NCBI GenBank assembly: GCA_047967505.1 | Contig: CM106538.1 | From: Dipteris shenzhenensis | Lineage: Eukaryota | Direction: 5' to 3' (one strand) | Length of the DNA stretch: 64,000 bases | The notes under the pieces: generated by a model | The model's input: only the letters and a program-made list of their open reading frames with translations | What the model was told of the DNA's origin: nothing | Database searches by the model: none | Made by a program: the position numbers and the translations under genes | Shown here: positions 1 through 11,965 of the stretch, piece by piece | Position numbering within the stretch: the stretch's first letter is position 1 | How the letters are laid out: every line of letters starts with the position of its first letter

Positions 1-1471
1 AGGTGCCTGTAAGGGAGGGAAGGGCGACAAGCTTGTAGATACCATTGGTAGAATGGCCGGTCCAAACCGGCTGTCCTGTAGCACGATCGCGGATGGTAAC
101 AGAGGTCGCTTCAAACTCGACCTTCATATTGTTTTGACAAATCTGATGAACCGAAAGAAGATGAAAGCCGAGAGACGGAACATAAAGAACACGAGAGGAG
201 TGTTTACCCCCTTTGCCATCAGGAATAATATCAAGAGAGCCCTCTGAATGAACAGGAATAGAGTGCTTGTCGCCGATGCAGACACGACCAGGATGAGGAG
301 TGAGATCCAGGAGCAGCGAGGAGGAGGGGGTCATATGCCGAGAGGCCCCACTATCAACGATCCATTCACGAGCATCGAAACTATGGAGAGCCAATGACTC
401 TTCTGCAGGAAGGGGTACCGAATTCAAGAGCTCAAGGTGAACAAATGCAGGGGTGGGGGTAAGGCAAGCATCAGCCGCAGCGGCCATGGGTGCGTCGGCT
501 CGTTTGTGTTTGCGGTAGGGACAATTGCGCCAATAATGGCTGGGAGTGCCACAGTGATTGCAATTGCCTTCGGGAGCAGGACGGTCACTGGAGGGATCTC
601 AAGAAGACGGGCTAGCGGCAGAGGACGGAGCATTCTTGGATCGAGGTTTAGGACGGTGGGCCACAAGAGCCTCAGAAGGGCCATCAGAGGATTTAATAAA
701 CTGTTCCTCCTAATCCATCATCATGGGGACAAGTTCCTCCCAAGTGATGGTGCTGAGGCGGCCAGAGGTAATAAGAGAAGAATAGAATGCGGCGTATCGA
801 CTGTCAGCAATAACATGAGATAAGAGAGTAATAGCCATATCTTCGGAGGAGATAGCCTTGCCTGCATGGAGGATGTCCTGATGCATGCTCTGCATTTTAT
901 TGATGTGGTCCCGTATGGAAGAGGAAGTAGCCGGATCGAGGCGACGAAGCTGAACTTCCAAGGAGATACGTTTCATGGGAGTGACGCGAAGATACATGCC
1001 ATCAAGAAATTCCCAAATAGCACGTGCAGAAGTAAGGTGCTTGATATGATTGAGAACCCCTGGTTGACAATTGAGAAAGATGAACGAGCGCACACGAGCA
1101 TTCAATTTGTCCCAGATAAGAGAAGCATGTGGATCCTCCTCAGGAGACGGACGAGGGATCCCGGGATCAACAAACTCGGCAAGATCATAAGATTCCAATA
1201 CGGATGCCATCTGAATTTTCCAAAGGGAATAGTTGGTCCCATCTAATTGTCGAGCATCTGGAAATGTAGGAAGAGTGGGGATGCGTACAGGCTTGTCAGA
1301 CTCTTGAAGGAAGCTGGACATAGGGGGAACGCGAAGATCCGGAGCAGAATCCTTTGTTTCAGCAGCCATGACTGGAACCAGGGAGTGGACAGCAACCAGG
1401 GGCTGAAGAGAACAGCCGACCAGGAGAATAGGTGTTGGTGAGCAGATCGAAATCTGGAACGGGGCTGCCAA
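1..1471 (-). mobile_element. Ty1/Copia gag-protease pseudogene, running off the left edge
   Basis: ORF 710-1471 has Copia gag motifs (LDGTNYSLWK, HIKHLTSARAIWEFL). After a premature TAG the frame gives a zinc knuckle (CNHCGTPSHYWRNC), then protease motif EWIVDSGASRHMT (~330-370) and VLYVPSLGFHLLSV. Confidence 0.9.
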
Positions 1472-1709
1472 CGAGAGGAAGGCAGCAAAAAAAATATATA
1501 GGGGAAGAAGAGAGCTCTGTAGTCAGCGGGAAAGAGAGTTGCCGACGAGGACGAGCTCCTTCTACTTCATCAATACATGAGCTCCAAGATCAGAGAGTAT
1601 TCTGGTACAAGAACATGAGAGACACCAGTAGGCCTGAAATAGCTGCTGTATATCTGCCCTCAATGGAGCCGTAAAACATGGATACAATTCTCATAAAGGA
1701 GTAAAAGAC

Positions 1710-2391
1710 TGTTCAATAACAGCAATATAGAACCTGAGGTACAGCCTGCTGGAAGAGCACAAGAGGGGCTGTAGAAGGACAGAGTATTGCTGTCCTGAAT
1801 CTCAGCAAAGCGGGCACTTCAAGGCAATGAGAGAAGTTGGAAGATGAGGTGTAGAACCGGGCTGAGAAGAAGGAGGAAAGAGGACTGAACTGAGGGGCAG
1901 CAGCAGGCAAGGATGAGGGATCTGCAGAGGGAGCGTGGGCAGCCAACAGGGCAGCTAAGGGGCTCAGGTAGGGACGGCCAGGAGCAGGCAGTAACAGAAG
2001 ACCTGAGGAGCTGCTTGAGTGGGTGAGTGAAATGAGGAGGGGGAGGGCCCTTATATAGGGAAGGCCTGGGTAGATGGTCGGTCTACTTGGCCTAGACCGA
2101 CCAGCTGGTCGGTCAGCCAATTGGGCTGACCAGCTGGTCGGCCAGGGGCTGGTCGGCCAGGAACTGGTCGGCCAGGGGCTGGTCGGCCAGGGTTGGTCGG
2201 CCTGGTCTGTCCCCCTCTGTCCCCCGCTTCGGCCCTGACACGTGGGTGCTGGTGTTGTGCAGGAGCGCGTCCTGTGGAGGTCGAAGAAGGAGCCGGAATA
2301 CTGACTGACTGAGACCTCTCTCACTGGGCGGGCACACCCACATCAAAGGCCCTCACTCAGAACACAACACCTGGAGATGTCAATCTCAACA
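1710..2391 (-). repeat. Probable 5' LTR of the left-edge Copia element
   Basis: TGTT...AACA termini, TATA-like CCCTATATAAGG on the minus strand, and an internal 15-bp tandem repeat (ctggtcggccagggg, ~2105-2205). No canonical PBS found. Confidence 0.4.
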
Positions 2392-2739
2392 ACTCTAACT
2401 GTAGGCTTGTTTGGCTTGACTCTTGATACAACCAACCAGAGCACCTCAAAAAGAAGAGGTGTTGATACAATCAGAGCACCTAAAAAAGAAGAGGATGCTA
2501 ATAAAAGGGATGAAAGAAGATGACTGAAAGGTGGGAGCTGATAAGAGGTCTGAAAGGAGGGCAGCAAATCTGAAAACGTTAAATCCACAGTTGGGAGCCT
2601 GTGAGAAGGAGGAATATTTGGATATGCTTGATGGTTTTCATTATAGACTACTGCCAGATGCGTAGTGTTAAACTCCATGTTGTAGAATTCTATTTCCAAG
2701 TCAAGGATCTTGGCTGCATTGTTGAGCTCGTACATAATC

Positions 2740-3110
2740 ATTCAGCATCGCCCACAATGAAAACACCATGTCCCCCAGATGTATGTGAGGAGGACCAAGA
2801 CGGAGTCCGCAGTCGTGCCAATAAGGATGGCAAGGGCCTCTGCATCTCGGAATACCCACTCCCTGACTACAACTATATCCGCTAGTGTCAATTCCCTAAA
2901 TATGATGGAGAAAGGGAGGCTAGATAAATCCTTAATTGGATCTGCCATTTCAAGCTGTACTCTACCCATCAAAGACAAGGCCGATCAAGAGAAGCTTGCT
3001 CTTGCTACATTGCATGTACAAAAGGATGCTTTACTGGGGTGGCCATTGTTACAAACACGAAGACGCCTATCCTTGAATGGGCTGAGTTTATGGCACAACT
3101 GACAGCAGAG
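2740..3110 (+). mobile_element. Degenerate Ty3/Gypsy gag remnant
   Basis: EKLALATLHVQKDALLGW resembles the retrotransposon gag motif K..LA..HL...AL.WW; frameshifted. Confidence 0.4.
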
Positions 3111-3774
3111 GGCACCCCAATGTGAAAGACAGAGATCTGTACTTTATGTACATGCAAGAGACCGAGACAAAGGATCACTTTGTATCAGGTGCCCTATGTA
3201 CTATGGGATCCGTGGATCACATCATTGTCTATTCAGTAGTGGTTTTGGACCACTAGAAGAGTTCTTGGCACATCTTGATCAGCAGTGTGCCACTTTCCTT
3301 CTTGAGGCCAATGATCAAATCATCTACATAAAGAATCACCATCATCCTCGTGTCCCCCCTGCCCAATTAAGGTACAAGTTGGTGTCTGATAGACTTCCAT
3401 TTAGCTGGCTAGTCCAGTTTCGTTAGCCTTATTAGTATGTGGTTAGGTCTTGTCATACTGACCTCTCCAACAAAACACTGACACACTTTTACGGCACTTA
3501 TTGTAAGAGAATATATCCTATCCTCATTTGTTGCTACTACTATCACAATAGCAAAAAATAACTTTGCTCCAAAAGGTACAACTTACTTGCCAAGATGACA
3601 TTTTTGACATTACAACAGATAAAAGATTCATTTAGCACGTACATTTCCTGTCTTTCTCCTTCCTGAAACTCTTTCAAAATTAATCCATCATCAGAAAACT
3701 ATTTGTCTACTTTCCTGTTCAGGTATAATAAGCTATACCATTATGTAATCTAAAAGGGAACAAATTCTGCTTAC

Positions 3775-3950
3775 TTGCAGTCACTTCCCTCACAAAAAGA
3801 GATATATGATTTGAGTTCACTGAAGCATGGTCTAGTGGCACAGAAATGTGATGATCGCGTAACCATAAATCTGGCACAGCATACCAATCGCCAACCCATG
3901 TCCTCCTGGAGTTCCCATCTCTTTGTGCAGTGTTTTCTGTCATCCCTCCT
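3775..3950 (-). CDS. PIP: Exon of a proline iminopeptidase-like alpha/beta hydrolase (N-terminal part of mature protein)
   Basis: Translates GGMTEN...WVGDWYAVPDLWLRDHHISVPLDHASVNSNHISLFVREVTA, matching the W..VP.L.LRDH.F.VPLD...I..F.RE motif of plant PIP-like hydrolases. Flanked by a ttgtgcAG acceptor and a GTAAGC donor. Later exons lie left of the window. Confidence 0.85.
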
Positions 3951-6176
3951 CTGCACAATAAACAACCTCAGATCAATGAAATTTAAATGCTAAGCACTCC
4001 AAGAACTACATTTGCTCAAAATCTAGGGTGCCAAGTCACTCTAAAACTGCTCTACAGACAACAGCTTCATACTATCAATTTTTCTTACAAGAGACACAAT
4101 CCTTGGAACGTGCAGACATGTTTCTGCCTTCATTTTCTAGTCAGTTAGGAGTTTTGAAAATCCAAGTGAGTGTACTAAAAACACTCACTGTCATTGACAA
4201 CAACTCTCTCATTGCTACACAATTTAAGGTTGGTTCCTCCCTTCTTTATTTCTACTACCCTTTTAACGATTATCCTTCTGGTTCTTAACCAATTCTCCAA
4301 ATGCTCGTATTGATTTGACAGCAACAATATGTATGTACATATACATACACACACACACATACTATTTATATATACATTTACGCATATGCACACACATGCA
4401 TGGGCGTGCATGCGTGTATGTGCACATGTGACCATCATCCATCACAAATCATAGAGAATATGTAAGGGAGGGTGGAAACGGGTTGGTGGGCAGGAAAAGG
4501 AAGGCACGGGAAAATAGAGGAGAGGATTGAAGGAAGGAAGCATATACTGCAAAATTGGATTATACAAGGGAAGGTGCTAATAAGATGGAGAGCATCCTTG
4601 TTTGTCTCCTTTTAATATTAGATTATAACCCACACCTAAAATATGAGGTTGTGGAGAACGGCACTAGTGGCACTTTCCATATTGAAACTAATATCCATGT
4701 GTGGGCCAAAAATATAAAAATGCAAAGATACCTCACCAAATACAAGCAAAGGTAATATCCATGGATGGGCACAAATTTAATCCTGCCCCCGCACACTATA
4801 GGACACAAGATTATAAATATAGCATCATCATCTATTTCTTGATCACCCCTGCACAATGCCTAAGACCACCTCATTAAGACAGTGGGCAAATTAAGAAAAC
4901 TAGTACCAAAACACCACCACTCCATGAGTTACCAAGTGATAAAAGACCAAGCGCCAGTTTATCTTGGGTCCTTAGAAAGCCCCTTGCTGGCTGAATTGCT
5001 AGCTGTGTAGTCCCACCAAATGCATCATAATCAAGAAGTTGCCAACTAAAAGAAAGGTTGGGAAGAGAATTGGCCTCTCCCCCACTGCTGCGAATTACGA
5101 TGTGAACCCTAGGCATGCTAACTGGTGGGGATAAAAGATGAATAGTGCTCATGGGAAGACTCACCTTGCGAAAGATACGCACTAAAGTGACCAAGAATTC
5201 TGGAAAGGTACAAAGAGTTGTAAGGCAGATGGTGCCCATTGTCTGGCATGAAGTTATCCGGAGTTGCAAAGGACATGCCCACAATGCCAACGTAATCCCT
5301 ATAGTGGGGTATTGGCTGCTCCATCTGGAAAATCATGTAAGGATTAAAAGCAAAGTCGCGTCTAGCATCTACCATCACCAATTGGTGCAAAGAATGCATC
5401 ATGGCTGTCCGAAGGATCCCCTTACTAAGGCACAGGCTGCTTCCTTTATCCTGAAGGACAGTGACAACAACCAGGTTGATGTAGGATCAATCTGCTAGGA
5501 TGTCCCCTAACCAAGTTGTTGTGCCATTTGCAAGAGTGCCCTGAAGAATTGAGAACAGCACCTCCAAAAACTGTGCATGTGAATGCAAGTGATATGGGAT
5601 GGGAAGGCATTCCCGTGCCACTTGTGGGTGCTCCCATTGTGGCACACAGTTACACACTAAGCAGCCTCCTCATGTGCATCACTACCTACAGACAGAGACT
5701 CGTCAAATCACGGTGTGCATTTGGGTGCCATGGTAACTTGTCAATGTCAAATGAAGTACCGTTATGTCACTAGGTACTTGCAAGACAAGTCCCAAACTAA
5801 TAGACTTGGCTGCCCCACAAATACAATCACAGTGCAATGGAGAAGATGCAAATCTCAAATGAAATAGAGAAATGTAGAAATCTGCTTCAAAACACACACA
5901 CACCTCGTAGTCTCTACAATGAAGCGAAAAGCACAATTAGATGTTGGCAGTTAGCCCTGGTATGGCCTTGTAGGCTAGTTAGGACACTTAGTCCTATTGG
6001 GAAACGTAGTACAATTGGGACATTTTTACTCCTAAGATGACGTTGGTTGACTTTGGGCCCTATATTGGCCATCTCTTGTACTTTCGCATTATCCATTTGC
6101 AAGAACACTTCAGTTCCTTCGGCTTGTTCTCTTCTTTGCATTCCAGCTTCCCTCCATTCCCCCCCACATCCAAGAG

Positions 6177-8180
6177 TGGTATCAAAGCAGGATCTCTTGC
6201 TCCTACCTGTCTCCCCCTGTGCTCATTGCTCAGCCCACCTTCCTCTCAAGGAATTGAACACTACAGGTGAAGACAAGAACTGACCCAATATGCAAAGTAA
6301 GGGTGGGAGTGCCTTCAGTTTGTATCATTCAAGCATTAGTCCGGGGATGGAGACGAACAATATAGAGCAATATAGAAACTCGACTTTCAGCAACTCCAAC
6401 AGCCCGCCATTTGCAGTTGTCTCTTTTGGAGCCCTTACGCTCAGACGCAACCTCTTTGGTTGCTCCATTGAGCTGCCAGGAAGTCGTTTTACAGCTATTC
6501 GCAGTCCTGCAACACACAGGTGCCACTCCCGAAACCTATTTTCTTGCTCAGTCTAAAGTCCGATCTGCTCTTTTCAGTTTGCACAGCTGCCAAATAGTGC
6601 CACGGCAGCCTCCAACAACACTTCGACCTGCAGAGAGATTATCCCAACTTGTCCGTACAACTATACGGATATTCGTACAATCTACAGATTCTCTGCCAAC
6701 TGTTTGTACGGCGTATTTGCTGTTCATTGCAGTTCTCCAGATTTGTAGAACTGGCTCAAAGTTGTCCAGCCATCTCCAATAGCATTTGGCCTGGCTTTGG
6801 TTCACATTGGCTCAGGATTTTGAGGAACTGCCGCGCATTGCAGTGACGTTTGTCTGCTCCAGTCATATTTGGGGGGTTTCTTGGATTTGCTCTTTTGTGG
6901 CACAGTGCCCTCTTCAAAATTTGGACTTTTGCCAAAATTGCAGTCTTTTGCTCTCAGATTGCTTGGTAAGGCCTTGTATCTGAATTTCTCACGTTCAACT
7001 TGCAAGAAATTGGGGCTTATGCTACCATTTCCTTGCATTGGTCCTTGTGCATTGGAGACTTGATTTTCAACAAGTACATTGAAGCAGATTTGACCAGACA
7101 TTTGCCTTTGTTGGCCAGAGTTTTCATGGACATACATTTGCAGATTTGCAGCCCGTCTACTTGGAGGCAGAACTTGCAGCACAGACTTGTGCATTTTGCT
7201 GCGTGTTTGAGCAGCCCGTTTGGCATTCACATTTGTTGGGCATTGCTGTCATTTTTTGTCTGACATTTGCAGCTTGGAGTCGGTTATTTGGGCAGCCAAC
7301 TCATTGCAACGATAGCCAATGATAGCCTTAAGGCCTTTACATTTGCAGGGCACTTTCTTTTTGCAATGACCAACAATGACTTGCTTGGAATACTTTGCAT
7401 TGAAGACAAGCTTGATGGTACCAACTATCCCATGTTGTCGTACATGGTGCCCCACTTGTTGGTATCCAAGACTTTCTAGGGTATTGTACCTGGATCAAAG
7501 ACTACATGTGTCTCTCCGGCACAGGCATTTGCTGCCACCACACCCACTATGGGTGGTGCTATCCTTGCTATTGCCAAAATTGGTTCATCTAACACTGCTG
7601 CCACCATAGTGCCTTCCACCCCGGAGGAGACGTGTTGGGATCAGAGAGATGCACAAGCACATGCCTTGTTTGCAATGTCTAGCAAGAGGGTTGTTATACC
7701 TCACATTCGGTCTTGCAAGACAGCCAAGGCTGCATGGAACACTTTGGCCAATCTATATCGGGTTTGGAATGAGGCCAAGATGCCTATTCGTATGGACGGT
7801 GTGAAGATTAAAGAAGGGGACAGCATGGATGCATATCTCACACAGGTCAAGGACTTTAGAAAGCAGCTCATAAATGTTGATGAGATTGTGCCAAATTCTC
7901 AGATGGTATCCACCACATTGGATGGCCTACCTAATTCATATCAGGGTTTTGCTAAGATGTTGAGGTTAGTGGCCATGGGTAACCCCAACCACTTCTATCA
8001 GCTTGTTTCCTTGCTCTTGCGGGAAGAGCAGAGCCACTCAAATAGGATAGCCTCCATCAATGCAAACCAAGCCTTCGCCATAGATTGTGGTAAAGGGGGC
8101 AAGAATTTCAGCAAGCCCAAGTCTTCTAGTAACTCATCTTCTTGTCTCCCGGCTTATGAGAAGAAGAAATCAAAGCGATC
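6177..8180 (+). mobile_element. Truncated Copia element: PBS, long 5' leader, degenerate gag
   Basis: PBS-like TGGTATCAAAGC at ~6177. Gag motifs IEDKLDGTNY and HIRSCKTAKAAWNTLANLY (ORFs 7267-7479 and 7549-8295). No pol follows. Confidence 0.8.
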
Positions 8181-9699
8181 TACGACCAATGAGGGCATTA
8201 TCCCAACACTCAATGCATTAAATACATTATCAGCAGATATTGTATGCTACAATGCAAAAGCAGGTACAAGATATACAAGACTAGATCAACTCTGAAGATA
8301 ACATATGCATAAGAGTTTCAAAGTCAACTCCATAGAGGTACCTCTGAAGGGCACTTAGCTTGTGTCAGAGCTAATATGATCCCAAGGGGTGCCTAATTAG
8401 CAAACAAACATGCAAGCATCTTGCTCTACTTGCTGCTCCACAACTTTGTTGGCTGCTTGACTAGTCAAATGCCAATTTGACCAATTGTTTAATTGACTTG
8501 AAGGTTGAATTGATTTCATTGTACAGTGGCTCTTATACATGGGCATGGACTGACCTACTCAAACGTTAACTCTACCATGGCATTGACATCTGCAGCAGAG
8601 AGTGGTAAACTTGGTGTGCCCAAGAAAGCTCAGGCACCAAATGCCAAGAATCAACTCGTCAACATTGATCAGGTACAATTTGTGTAACCATGCTTCGCAT
8701 ACAGCTATCTAGGGGCGTCATTCTAAAGGAAGAGTACCCTACGCTTAAGATAGACTGAGCATGGGAAGGGGAAGGTTTTTGGAATTCCAACATCAAGAAG
8801 GATTTTCCACAGGAAAGGACAATGGGACGACGGTGTGGTAAGGAGAATTTAGCAAGGATGTGAAAGGGGTTGGGAGTCTGAGGTGCAAACGTAAGTACCG
8901 TTCATCAAACTGTGCTTACCACCGTGAAGGTTAGGGATGAGAGGAGTTGAAGGTTGAAGCAGAAGGCAGATGAGCAGGAAGAACAAGACGGGCGGATTTG
9001 GCGAGTTTCCTAAATGTCAGGATGACCTTGTGAAACAATTGTGGGAAATGGAAAGTGTGTTGCCATCTGGGACGAAGCGTGAAAACTGGATGGTGGTCGT
9101 GGAGTGACGTTGAATGCTCCGCTTACACTCAGAGTCGCACCTTGAAAGCGCATTGTTCCAAGGTGATAAAGAACTTCATTCTTCTGCCTCAAACACCCTC
9201 TTAGAGGCATATAGGACTGGTTAAGTCCCGGAAAAGGCCTTCCGTGTGTGAAAGAGCGTTAGCATATGCGTACCCAATGATTCTGCATTGGCACGTATTT
9301 GATTTCCCGTCGATGTTTCGCAAGACGACGGGAACGCCTTGATGTGAATTCCGGCACGAGTATCCCCTCTCTTCTTTTTGTGCTTATTACCATCTACTGA
9401 CAAATGAGACAAACAACTTGTGGTATATACTTCAAGTTACGAAGCAGCTGTATTCCGTGAAGTCCTTGAAAAACCAGCAAGTATTACAGCGCGATGGCAA
9501 ACTTCACTCATTCCGAGTAGTTCTAAGCAGAGGCTACGAAACATGGACGGTCGGAAGTAGATCACGAAACATAGACGAAAAATGAAATCGGAAGTGTTAC
9601 AACGCAAGTTGCAAGTGAGACATAAAAAATAATGTAAGGAGATCAAGAGAGTAACGAGCGCGCACATGGATTGCAATGGGACGAGGGGCTGAAACTACC

Positions 9700-9876
9700 G
9701 GACGTGGTGCTGAGCGGCCGCAGGGGGAGGAGAAGAAGAAAGGGAAGAAGCGAGGAGGGGGGCATGGAATGGTTTGCGAATGTTGCGATTACATCGAAGG
9801 CTGAAGCTTTTGTAGTGAAGAAGAAAGAGGTGTAGTGCAGAAGATGCATGTAGAACTTCGATCTAGCAGTCAGCAT
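9700..9876 (-). CDS. Candidate first (transit-peptide-like or 5' UTR) exon of the PIP-like gene
   Basis: Non-TE-looking Ser/Pro/Leu-rich ORF (MLTARSKF...LRPLSTTS) ending at a G|GTAGTT donor, on the same strand and upstream of the 3775-3950 exon. Its phase does not match the first AG acceptor of that exon. Confidence 0.35.
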
Positions 9877-11887
9877 CACTCAAGTTCGACGATGCTACAA
9901 TTCCAATTTCCGTCGTCCCAAAGTCCATTTGTAAATAAATAAATAAATGCTGCTTCTTCCCTTCCTACATTCACCATTTTATCACTTTTCATTTCAGCCT
10001 ACCACTCTCATCATCACGGCCCTCTTTCCACCCCACCCCCCCCACAACACTCATCTGCCAAGCCCCTCTCCAATCACATCCTCATTCCTCCATCTGGGCT
10101 GGATTGCCCACCGGTGGCTTGCACGTCCCAGATCCACACACCCAGGGTGCGTGGAAACTGGACCCAATTTGGGGTTTCACAACCACCACCCGCTCGCCAC
10201 GCCGCACCACATAGACAGCGGCGGACGTCCATCCGCCTCCTTGCCAAATTCACACAAGCCAACTCATTTTTGTCGTTCACAATGCGCATAAGCTTGCTAT
10301 GCACACAAAAAATGAGCTCAGAAATAAAAGTCAGGCTACCTCAATATGCCAAGCACAAGAGTGTCCTTGTGTATTTACATGTTTTAATCAACACTAGATT
10401 GGGTTGAAGAGTCTTCCTTGTTTTCTCACATCTATAAAATCCATTTTTTTAGAGCTTGTAATGATTGAGAACCAAATATAATCATTAAGTAGGGGAGGAA
10501 GTAGGAGTAGGAGTAGGAGTCCCACCCCCCCCATGTGATCATGGCTTGAAATCTCCGCTCTGACTTATCAACAAGCAAGCTTTAAATAATAACCCCTAAA
10601 AACATTCAACTAACCATTCCTTTTCCATCCCTCCTTAGCTAATTGAAAGACCGTGTGCAAAGCACAATAAAAGAGGCTATGATCTCTTTATAGCATGTCT
10701 TTTACTTGGTTGGACTCGACAAGTGTACAATCATTGGCCTTCAGAAAGACAAGACACATTCACATGAGATGGCATGGGTAATAGTGGTAACTCACTAATC
10801 TTATGGAGGTTGAAGGCAACAACCTTACCATTGCTGTTTATTCCATCTTACGCACACACCCACCTTCCACAAGGCTTGCACTTAGTTGTAAACATACTGG
10901 GGTTGGGATGCACATCAATAAGATTAGGGACACTTGCTATTGCCATTTCTAAAGTTTAAGGTTGGGTTGGATGGTCAAACACCCATGTTGGCCTATTGTG
11001 GCTTCTAGACCTTGTTTTACACAATTGGAAACCCCATGAACATTGCAAAAAACATTAAATTGGCAAAGAGGTGGCTCTCTCTATGAGAAGATTGGAAAAA
11101 GAAGTTAGGCGTTTTTTAAGACTTCATAGTCTTTTTTATTAAGGTATACTTGGAGGCTATCAAGGTTTTGATAGTGACCTATTTATGTTTGCCATTTAAA
11201 TCATCTCTTTTTTTTTCTTTGTAATAGAGTTACATTATTTTACTGATGGCCACATGGTCGCCATGTGAACTCCAAGATTCCCTTCCCTAAGTCCTTCAAA
11301 CCACTATGGTAGCTCAGAATACCCTCATCCAATATATAGCCATGTCATTCTCCACGAAATGGGTTGGTTGACTTTGAAGAAGAGCCTTGCCACAATAGTA
11401 GCCTTTGTATAAAACCATGTGAGCTTGAATACCAACTGCTGCATCAAGTATGAAAGAATTCCTTGTTAGCCAAACGTGCTACAAACCTGTCCATCTAAAA
11501 AAATGAAAAAAGATTGAATCGTTTGGGTTATCCAACCCATGCAAAAACTTGCCAAAAACCCAGCCTTTATCCAATATGGGCCGATTGGTCAATGTAGTAC
11601 AAATACACAGTTACAAGAAACAATCTTGCGTTTTCAACCATAGGTAGACCACCCATTAGCATGAACACTTTCCCTTGATACAAAATCTTAGAGTACCATC
11701 CCTGCAAAAATGCTTCCTTCCATCATACCCTACCCTTCCTAGTGTGCCATACTTGATTAGCAATTTGAGTGAGCCAGTGCTTCTCCTTTACCATCATACG
11801 GTACACTTGATTAGCCGTACACTAGACTATGTCACGAGGCTTTCTAATTACCCAATCGAATCAAGGTTGTTGGTCCTCCACTTGAGG

Positions 11888-11890
<3 letters not shown>

Positions 11891-11961
<71 letters not shown>
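11891..11961. repeat. (CT)n microsatellite
   Basis: Uninterrupted CT run of about 35 units. Confidence 0.97.

Positions 11962-11965
<4 letters not shown>

Noticed and set aside
4874-5773. Cluster of short ORFs as further exons of the hydrolase gene
   Set aside because: No similarity to PIP motifs and no consistent frame; more likely decayed TE sequence.
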